Position numbers and translations under genes: made by a program | Notes under the pieces: model-generated | What the model was told of the DNA's origin: nothing | Databases searched by the model: none | What the model saw: the letters and a program-made list of their open reading frames with translations, nothing else | In this document: positions 57,360 to 64,000 of the stretch, one piece after another | Layout of the letters: each line of letters starts with the position of its first letter | How positions within the stretch are numbered: the stretch's first letter is position 1 | Source of the DNA: Hyalangium minutum | Lineage (GTDB): Bacteria > Myxococcota > Myxococcia > Myxococcales > Myxococcaceae | Assembly: GCF_000737315.1 (NCBI RefSeq) | Contig: NZ_JMCB01000005.1 | Coordinates: 62,001 to 126,000 of the forward strand | Length of the DNA stretch: 64,000 nucleotides | Direction: 5' to 3'

Positions 57360-58421
57360 TCACACCCCCAAGGACTCGCGCCGATAGGCAGCGGGCGTGG
57401 TGCCGGTCCAGCGACGGAAGGCACGGTAGAAATTGCTGACCTCCGAGAACCCCAGCAGGAAGGCGACCTCGAGCAGCTTGAGGTCCTTGTTGAGGACGTG
57501 CCGCAACGCCAGCTCTCGTCGCGCTTGGTCGAGCACCTCCTGGTAGGTGAGTCCGCGCTCGTGGAGCCGGCGTGACAGCGTGCGTGCGCTCATGCCCATC
57601 TGGCGCGCGAGCGTCGCCGCGTCAGGCACGGTGCCGCGCAGGGCCTTCCGGATGCGCTCGCCTAGCTCGTCTACCAGGTCCAGGGCTCGCGGCAGTCCCT
57701 CGATCCGGGTCTGCGCGAACCGGTCCAGGACCGCGGCAAGGTTGGGATCCGTCCCCTGGATGGGCAGCTCGAGCACGGCCCGATCGAGCTCGAGGCACGT
57801 GTAGGGCTGACTGAACCGCACGCTCGCGCCGAACACCCGTGTGTGCTCGAGGTCGTCCGACGGGCGAGGATAGGGGAGGGCGACGCCGCGCGGCGAGAAG
57901 GCCACCCCCGTCAACTGCTGGCCGATTCTCAAGAGCTTCGCCAGGATGAAATCGACCGCGTGGGGCGGGACCTCGAGCGGGGGCCGGTGGGAGATGCGAG
58001 CCATGTCGCCCTCGACCTCGAGGTGATAGCGGGCCCCGTCGTGCAGCAGGCGCTGCCAGCGGGTCAGCTTCTGGTAACACGTGGCGAGGTCGGGACTGTT
58101 GCGCATGCAGTACTCGACCAGATCGAAGGCCCCGAGCGGAACTGCTTGCGCCAGGCGGAGCCCCAGCGCGGCATCATTGAGCCGGCGCGGCACCTGCTCC
58201 CACAAGTCGACGAGGAGGGCGTGAGGCACCCGCGAATCGAGCGCCTCGAGGAGCGAGGGGTTGACGCCATGGTGCTCCAGCAGATCGTCAACGCGCACGC
58301 CCCGCGCCGCCGCCGCCTGGGTGAGCATCCTCACGAAGACCACGGATGCCGTGAAGCGAGCTCGGCGGGGCTCGCGTGGAGAGAGGGCGCTTCGAGACGA
58401 GTCCGAGGAAGACGCGGCCAT
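57360..58421 (-). CDS. AraC-family transcriptional regulator
   Basis: N-terminal arabinose-binding-2-like domain; C-terminal LARQMGMSARTLSRRL, VAFLLGFSEVSNFYRAFRRWTG.TP..YR. Start probably ATG 58421. Confidence 0.9.
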   Translation of the reverse strand: MAASSSDSSRSALSPREPRRARFTASVVFVRMLTQAAAARGVRVDDLLEHHGVNPSLLEALDSRVPHALLVDLWEQVPRRLNDAALGLRLAQAVPLGAFDLVEYCMRNSPDLATCYQKLTRWQRLLHDGARYHLEVEGDMARISHRPPLEVPPHAVDFILAKLLRIGQQLTGVAFSPRGVALPYPRPSDDLEHTRVFGASVRFSQPYTCLELDRAVLELPIQGTDPNLAAVLDRFAQTRIEGLPRALDLVDELGERIRKALRGTVPDAATLARQMGMSARTLSRRLHERGLTYQEVLDQARRELALRHVLNKDLKLLEVAFLLGFSEVSNFYRAFRRWTGTTPAAYRRESLGV

Positions 58422-58576
58422 GGAGAACGAGCTCAGAGCAGGCTCAGCGAGGTGGCGAAGCATGCCAGTCTTTTGGCGGCTTGGGCCAATGTGAGCGCGG
58501 CCTCGCCCTGGCAGATTGCCTCGCGCAACGCGGAGACATCACCACACCTGAGCAGCTCTCTCCAGGAGGACACACC

Positions 58577-59731
58577 ATGCGTCTTGGAATGCATTCGAAT
58601 CGGAGGCCCGGCAGGTTCACCCATGCGCTGGCGGGACTGTGCCTGCTGTTGGCTGCGGCTTGCGGCGCCGCGCTGCCTGGGGAGGAGGCGGTGGACTTGA
58701 GCACCTACGCCGCCCCCCTGGGCAGCTGCTCACCCGACGTGACGCCTCCCTCCGTGAGGTGCCAGCCCGAGGGAGGCATCCGGGAGTGCATCGCCTATGG
58801 CTACATCGTCCAAGATTTCGACCTCGTCACCGCGAGCGACAACTGCGGGATTACCTTCTCGAGCCACAGTCTTGGCAACCTCGGCGGAGTCGGCTCCACG
58901 AGCACCTCCGTCAGTTACTGGGACGCGGCGGGCAACGCCGCCGGCTGCTCGTCGCAGTGGTCCATCGTCGACAGCAGTCCGCCCACTGTGACCCTGAACG
59001 GCCAGGTGCAGATCGTCCTGGCCTATGGTGCTTCGTACGTGGAGGCGGGCGCCTACAGCAGTGACATCTGTGATGGGTCCTTGGACTGGCGCATGAATCG
59101 CTCGGGCGGGTTCAGCACCTCCGTACCGGGCATCTATCCCATCACCTACAGCGTGGCGGACTCGGTCGGACACGTCACCCAGCGCACCCGCCTGGTGACC
59201 GTGCTTCCCCAAACAGACTGTACGGCCCAGCTCGCCGCGCCGGTGCTCATGCTCCAGGGCCGTCATGAGGAGACGCTGGAGTGCGGCCGCAACACTTGGA
59301 GTGAGCCCGGGGCCCTGGCCGCGGATGCGTGCGGCGCGGTGACGGTGCACACCTACAACTCGGGCCAGGATCCGTACGGCCCTGGTCCCAACTCAAAGGC
59401 TGAGGGGCGCTACACAGTGCAGTACCTCGCGTGGAACGGGCAGGGGACGACGTCTGCCGAGCGCAAGGTCATGGTGCAGGACACCCTCCCGCCGATACTC
59501 CGTCTCAAGGGCCCCATGCGCATGACGCACACGTGCGGCAGCGCATGGGTGGACCCGGGTGTCCTGGCCACGGACTCCTGCTATGGGGATGTCTCCTCCT
59601 CCGTGCAGACCACCGGTTCGGTGAACGGATGGGCGGAGGGCACGTACACGGTGACCTACCAGGCGAGAGACCCCGGCGGCCACCTCTCCAACATCCAGAA
59701 TCGCGTGGTGGAGGTCGTCGACTGCCCTTAG
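58577..59731 (+). CDS. Lipoprotein of HYR/DUF5011-type Ig-like repeats
   Basis: ATG after AGGAGG; lipobox LLAAC; repeats D..PP...L.G......CG..(Y/W)..PG..A.D.C.G......GS......G.Y.VTY...D..G.....R.V.V. Confidence 0.78.
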   Translation: MRLGMHSNRRPGRFTHALAGLCLLLAAACGAALPGEEAVDLSTYAAPLGSCSPDVTPPSVRCQPEGGIRECIAYGYIVQDFDLVTASDNCGITFSSHSLGNLGGVGSTSTSVSYWDAAGNAAGCSSQWSIVDSSPPTVTLNGQVQIVLAYGASYVEAGAYSSDICDGSLDWRMNRSGGFSTSVPGIYPITYSVADSVGHVTQRTRLVTVLPQTDCTAQLAAPVLMLQGRHEETLECGRNTWSEPGALAADACGAVTVHTYNSGQDPYGPGPNSKAEGRYTVQYLAWNGQGTTSAERKVMVQDTLPPILRLKGPMRMTHTCGSAWVDPGVLATDSCYGDVSSSVQTTGSVNGWAEGTYTVTYQARDPGGHLSNIQNRVVEVVDCP

Positions 59732-60642
59732 AAGGCCCGATTCACCGCGTAGCCGCAGATCTTGTGTTCGGCTGTGTAGGTATTCGGGCCGGGATTCCCA
59801 TCGATGGGGCCCGTGTAGCCGAAGCTCCGGCCGACGGTCTGGACGCGAGTCCAGTAGATGTATCCGGGGATCCCATCTTCCTGCGCGGAGGTGCGAGGCC
59901 CCCCGCGGTTGTTCAGCTCGCGTGCGGTGATCCTCACGCGAACCTTCTCCGTGTTGGGCCCGGTGATTCCATCAATGGGCCCGGTGTAGCCAAAGTCGCG
60001 TTGGCCGACGGTCTGAATGCGCTTGTAATAGATGGGGCCAGGGATGCCGTCTTGCTCGGTCGTCGTTTGGGGCAGACTGCTTCCCCCTCCTCCCGGAGGG
60101 GCTCCGCCGCCGGCAATCCGGCCGCCCGCGTAGTCCATGGACCAGCCGAGGTACCGCGCCCCCGTCCTGCTCGAGTAGCCGGAGACGCTGTTGACGCCGA
60201 TGGCGTCTCCCCAGGACTCGGCAAGGTTCCGGGTGGCCATGAAGACAGTCGTGCCACCGCCATTGAGGTCGGCACCGACGTGACCGTAAGCACCGATGTC
60301 CCACCAGTGGAACGCCCCGGTGAGAGCGGTCGCGGGGTTCGTCGAGACGATCGTCGACGCGTGATAGGCCAGGATGGCGCTGTCACGGGCCGAGGAGGCG
60401 GGGAGCTGACCAAAGCGCCACATCAGCGAGCCGCACCACTGGTCCCACGAAGCGCCGTCTCGCTTGGGGTTGGCGGCAGCGTAGGCCCGTGCTCTGTCGT
60501 AGATGGGCGAGTTCAACTCGGCCGTGACGGTGCTCAGCTCGGCCGCGTCGGCAGCCACGTCCTCAGGGGGTTCGCCGCACGAGGCAAGCACGACGCTTGC
60601 TGACAAGAGTGCGGTGGTCCAAATCATTCGTTTCGAGTGCAT
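59728..60642 (-). CDS. Lipoprotein with CHAP/NlpC-like Cys-His domain and two C-terminal putative peptidoglycan-binding repeats
   Basis: ATG 60642 after GGAG; lipobox VLASC; WDQWCGSLMW and GAYGHVG; Gly linker; two DGIPG.IY..R.QTVG...GYTGPIDG..GPNT repeats. Confidence 0.7.
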   Translation of the reverse strand: MHSKRMIWTTALLSASVVLASCGEPPEDVAADAAELSTVTAELNSPIYDRARAYAAANPKRDGASWDQWCGSLMWRFGQLPASSARDSAILAYHASTIVSTNPATALTGAFHWWDIGAYGHVGADLNGGGTTVFMATRNLAESWGDAIGVNSVSGYSSRTGARYLGWSMDYAGGRIAGGGAPPGGGGSSLPQTTTEQDGIPGPIYYKRIQTVGQRDFGYTGPIDGITGPNTEKVRVRITARELNNRGGPRTSAQEDGIPGYIYWTRVQTVGRSFGYTGPIDGNPGPNTYTAEHKICGYAVNRAF

Positions 60643-60885
60643 CAGCGATCTCCAGGTGTGCCGGGCAAGGGGTGGACGTGTGCTCTTCAAGGCGCCGAAC
60701 CTCGGGGCCACCGTGGGTTGTCGGCGGGAGGAGGCCATAAGTTTCCAGTCGCGGGCGAGGGCCCGGCGGCGCAGGAGGCGCGAACGGCCAGATCCCAGCG
60801 TACAGGGGCGCACTCATGTCGATTGTCGAATCGAGTTTCCGGGCTCGTGGCCGGCGCTTAATCCTCGTGCCGGAGGAATCCAAGC

Positions 60886-61989
60886 ATGGGCACGACAGAG
60901 GCAGCACTGCAGGCAGGGCTTGAAGGGGTCGTCGTCGCGGAGACGCGGCTGAGCGAGGTGGATGGCGAGCGCGGACGGCTGGTGATCGCCGGGAGTGATG
61001 TGGAGGTGCTCGCGGGCGCCGTCTCCTTCGAGGAGGTGTGCGCGAGGCTCTGGGCGCCGTACGCCCAGGGACCGCTTCCCTCCTCGCTCCAGGCAGCCCT
61101 CGGGGAGGCGCGCGTGCGGGCCTTCGGGCTGCTGGAGGGGCTGGGCAATGCCCTCTCGGCCGAGGACGGGATGGACGCGCTCCGGGCCGCCATGGCCCAT
61201 GTCCCCCTCCCGCCGGGCAACGAGCAGGAGACGTTCCTCCTTCTGACAGGAGCCGCCGCGGTGTTCACGGGCGCGTGGGCCCGGCGCAGGCGCGGGCTGG
61301 CGTCCGTGCGTCCGGATCCCAAGCTGTCCCATGCCGCGGACCTGCTGCGCATGGTCACCGGAGAGCATCAACCCGAGCGCGCCGCCGGGCTCGATGCGTA
61401 CCTGGTCACCGTCTCCGACCATGGCTTGAATGCCTCCACCTTCACCGCGCGCGTGATCACCTCGACGGGCTCGGATGCGGTGTCCGCCACGGTGGGCGCC
61501 ATCGGCGCGCTCAAGGGCCCGCTCCATGGTGGGGCGCCGGGGCCCGTGCTGGACATGCTCGACGCCATCGCCCGGCCGGAGAACGCGGCGTCGTGGCTGG
61601 AAGGGGAGCTGAAGGCCGGCCGCCGCATCATGGGCATGGGCCACCGCATCTACCGCGTGAGAGATCCTCGCGCTGCCGTACTGGAGCGCGCCATCGAGCG
61701 GCTGGAGCGCGGCGGGCTGCGGACCGACCGGCTCGCGCTGGCTCGGGCGGTGGAGCGTGCAGCCGAGGAGCTGCTCCGTCAGCGCTACCCGGATCGCCCG
61801 CTGCGCGCCAACGTGGAGTTCTACACGGCCGTGCTGCTCGACGCGGTGGGACTCGATCGGACGCTGTTCTCCACGGCCTTCGCCTGTGGCCGCGTCGCGG
61901 GCTGGCTCGGGCACGTCGCCGAGCAGCGGGCCACCGGTAGGCTCATCCGGCCCGCCTCCCGCTACGTGGGCACCATGCCGAAGGAGTAG
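60886..61989 (+). CDS. Citrate synthase / 2-methylcitrate synthase family (short type)
   Basis: GLEGVVVAETRLS.VDGE.G.L, DHGLNASTF, GPLHGGA, MGMGHRIY...DPRA, NVEFY. Confidence 0.88.
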   Translation: MGTTEAALQAGLEGVVVAETRLSEVDGERGRLVIAGSDVEVLAGAVSFEEVCARLWAPYAQGPLPSSLQAALGEARVRAFGLLEGLGNALSAEDGMDALRAAMAHVPLPPGNEQETFLLLTGAAAVFTGAWARRRRGLASVRPDPKLSHAADLLRMVTGEHQPERAAGLDAYLVTVSDHGLNASTFTARVITSTGSDAVSATVGAIGALKGPLHGGAPGPVLDMLDAIARPENAASWLEGELKAGRRIMGMGHRIYRVRDPRAAVLERAIERLERGGLRTDRLALARAVERAAEELLRQRYPDRPLRANVEFYTAVLLDAVGLDRTLFSTAFACGRVAGWLGHVAEQRATGRLIRPASRYVGTMPKE

Positions 61990-62054
61990 GGCAGGGGCGG
62001 CAATGGCCCGCCGCCTCCGGCGTAGAGTCCTCCGCTAGCGTGTGAGGAGGAACG

Positions 62055-62729
62055 ATGGACCGTGTTCGCTCGAAGCCACCGTCGAAGCGGTGGGTGAAGT
62101 ACCTGGCCGACCTGGCCTTCTTGGCCATCATCCTGGTGGGCCGTGGCAGCTTCGCGGACCACTACCATGTGCCCTCGGGCTCCATGGAGCCCACGCTCCA
62201 GGTGGGCGATCGCCTCGCGGTGGACAAGAGCGCCTATGGGCTGCGCATTCCTCTCACCCACGTCTGGCTGACCGAGAAGTCCCCTCAGCGTGGGGATGTG
62301 GTCGTCTTCGACTCTCCGGCGGATGGCAACGTGCTGGTCAAACGCCTGGTGGGGCTCCCGGGCGACCGCATCGCCTTCGATGGTGTGAACCTCCTCCTCA
62401 ACGGCCAACGTGTGCCTCAGGGCTTCACGCAGGAGGACGCGCGCATCGAATATCTGCCGGGCGCGCCCCACCCGCTCCACCCCGAGCCCTACCAGGGGCC
62501 TCCCATGAGAGAGGTGGAGGTGCCCCCGCGGCACTACCTGATGCTCGGCGATCATCGGGGCAACTCGGCGGACAGCCGCATCTTCGGACTCGTTCCCCGA
62601 GAGAACCTGCTCGGCCGGGCAGCGGCTGTCTACTACAGCCCGCGCGAGGGGCTCTCTGGCAGCGAGCGCTGGTGGATTCCCCTGCGCGCGGCGGAGGGCT
62701 CGGAGAGCGACCCGCGTCTCACGCGGTAG
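62055..62729 (+). CDS. lepB: Signal peptidase I (S26)
   Basis: PSGSMEPTL (Ser), VKRLVGLPGD (Lys), MLGDHRGNSADSR.FG.V. Confidence 0.9.
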   Translation: MDRVRSKPPSKRWVKYLADLAFLAIILVGRGSFADHYHVPSGSMEPTLQVGDRLAVDKSAYGLRIPLTHVWLTEKSPQRGDVVVFDSPADGNVLVKRLVGLPGDRIAFDGVNLLLNGQRVPQGFTQEDARIEYLPGAPHPLHPEPYQGPPMREVEVPPRHYLMLGDHRGNSADSRIFGLVPRENLLGRAAAVYYSPREGLSGSERWWIPLRAAEGSESDPRLTR

Positions 62730-62813
62730 GAGCGCAGGGGGATGCTGTATCAGCCAGCCACCCGACTGGTGTATGCAGCCGCATCCCCCCGTCGTATGCC
62801 TGAGGAGTCTCCG

Positions 62814-63839
62814 ATGCGTCGTCTCGGTCCCTGCCTTCTTGTCGCGAGCCTGCTGGCCGGTTGCGGTCCTGCCCAATCCGAACCGTCTTTCACCCCGTCA
62901 CTCGATCGCGAGGCCGCGTCGCTCACCACCACGGACGTGGATGTGGCCCCAGAGTGCCAGGGCATCCTCACCTTCGTGAACACGGCATCCTTCGAGACAC
63001 TGGACGCGTACCTTCCCAGCGACGCTGCCAGCAACCTCGTCGCCCGCCGCTCGACGGCGCCCTTCGCGACGCTGGCGGAGGTCTCCGCCGTCAACCTGAT
63101 GGGCCCGGTTCGCCTGACCCAGATCGAGTCGGGTGCCCGTGCTCTCGGCTACATCGACAGCACCTGTGCCGGCATCCTGGACGAGCTCGCTCTCTCTTCC
63201 GATGACGCCGCGGCGGTGGTGTCCCTGGTGAACACCGTGAGCGCCAGTACCCTGTACGCTGTCCTGCCTCACGCGTGGAATGGCGCCACGAACCTCATCA
63301 ACCTGCGTCCGTTCACCTCGGCCCAGGCCATCTCCAACGTCAGCGGCATCGGCGCGGTGAGCCTGCGGAACCTCCGCAACGCCGCCACGATGGGGTACTC
63401 CCTGGAGGTGCTCGTCTCTGCGGTGAACGCCCTGCCCGAGGACGAGTGGACCGTGAAGCTGGATCAGTCCTTCGAGGTGGCAAATGTCATCGCGGGGGAG
63501 CATGGGAATGGGCGCAACAACGGGGGGACCTGCTTCGGCATCGACCCCAGCACCTTCCCGAGCACTTGGACGAACCGCCCGACGCTGGCCACGGCCACCG
63601 AAGTTCGCGACTACGTCGCGAGCGCCGCCTCTTTCGCCAACTACGTCCACAACTACCCGATCTCGAGTGAGGTCGTCACGGAGGGCCTGGCGAATCTCGA
63701 AACGCGCATCGCTGGCCGCACGTTCAAAGGCTGCCATCTCAGCTACAGCAAGGGCCCGTGGGGCGGCATCCAGGTTCACTTCTTCGTCGACACGGAGACG
63801 GGCTTCCGGATCCTGACGGAGCAGCACTGGGTCGAGTGA
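62814..63839 (+). CDS. Lipoprotein with two helix-hairpin-helix-like repeats and an unknown C-terminal domain
   Basis: ATG 62814 after GAGGAG; lipobox LLAGC; repeats (F/L)VNT.S..TL...LP......(L/I).....PF.(T/S).......V..(M/I)G...L. Confidence 0.7.
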   Translation: MRRLGPCLLVASLLAGCGPAQSEPSFTPSLDREAASLTTTDVDVAPECQGILTFVNTASFETLDAYLPSDAASNLVARRSTAPFATLAEVSAVNLMGPVRLTQIESGARALGYIDSTCAGILDELALSSDDAAAVVSLVNTVSASTLYAVLPHAWNGATNLINLRPFTSAQAISNVSGIGAVSLRNLRNAATMGYSLEVLVSAVNALPEDEWTVKLDQSFEVANVIAGEHGNGRNNGGTCFGIDPSTFPSTWTNRPTLATATEVRDYVASAASFANYVHNYPISSEVVTEGLANLETRIAGRTFKGCHLSYSKGPWGGIQVHFFVDTETGFRILTEQHWVE

Positions 63840-63849
63840 GGGGCTTGCT

Positions 63850-64000
63850 TCATTCCCACTCGTAGTCCAAGTCGAGGACCTTGCCCGCAGCGTCCAGACT
63901 GAACGTCCATTTCACCGAGATGTCCTGGCCATACACCACGCGGAGGATGCGCTTGCGCGGCTCGCTGTCCCTGCGGTCCTCGAGCAGGACCACTCGGCGG
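63850..64000 (-). CDS. 3' end of a hypothetical protein (runs off the window)
   Basis: Open frame RRVVLLEDRRDSEPRKRILRVVYGQDISVKWTFSLDAAGKVLDLDYEWE* with myxobacterial codon bias. Confidence 0.5.
   Translation of the reverse strand, partial: RRVVLLEDRRDSEPRKRILRVVYGQDISVKWTFSLDAAGKVLDLDYEWE

Noticed and set aside
56509-58421. DODA dioxygenase/AraC as part of the indole pathway (betalain-like pigment)
   Set aside because: 50 kb from the indole cluster; widespread YgiD-like gene with no supporting tyrosinase nearby.

Overview
GC-rich (about 70%) chromosomal window from a myxobacterium, probably Archangiaceae/Myxococcaceae-like. The assignment is inferred from a TIGR02266-type PilZ domain, a MYXO-CTERM tail, a Cys-rich MXAN_6577-like lipoprotein and typical myxobacterial lipoprotein architectures. 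I found no rRNA, tRNA, CRISPR array, transposase or integrase. Main blocks: (1) 1-6846, a candidate indole/tryptophan-tailoring cluster: StyA-like flavin monooxygenase, cytokinin-dehydrogenase-like FAD oxidase, stand-alone V4R protein, divergent tryptophanase, and a Trp dimethylallyltransferase fused to a degenerate AetD-like heme-oxygenase-fold domain. (2) PilZ, DUF1684, a His-motif membrane protein and a PilZ-Hsp70 fusion. (3) 13362-31398, a starch/maltodextrin utilisation locus: two lipoprotein GH13 amylases, a MYXO-CTERM pullulanase, MalEFGK, two DOMON-like proteins and an unrecognised outer-membrane protein. (4) FliB-like methylase, peptidase-MA/DUF4175 pair, MarR, hybrid kinase, and a ComEA plus small SSB-like protein operon. 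(5) A cobalamin-riboswitch btuB / Cys-rich propeller / btuF / btuC operon with no btuD. (6) A Wsp/ACF-type chemosensory operon with a REC-less CheB and a REC-REC-unknown output protein. (7) Accessory genes, including a CHAP-like lipoprotein with two putative peptidoglycan-binding repeats. All family assignments come from motif recognition and recalled consensus sequences; no database search was run.
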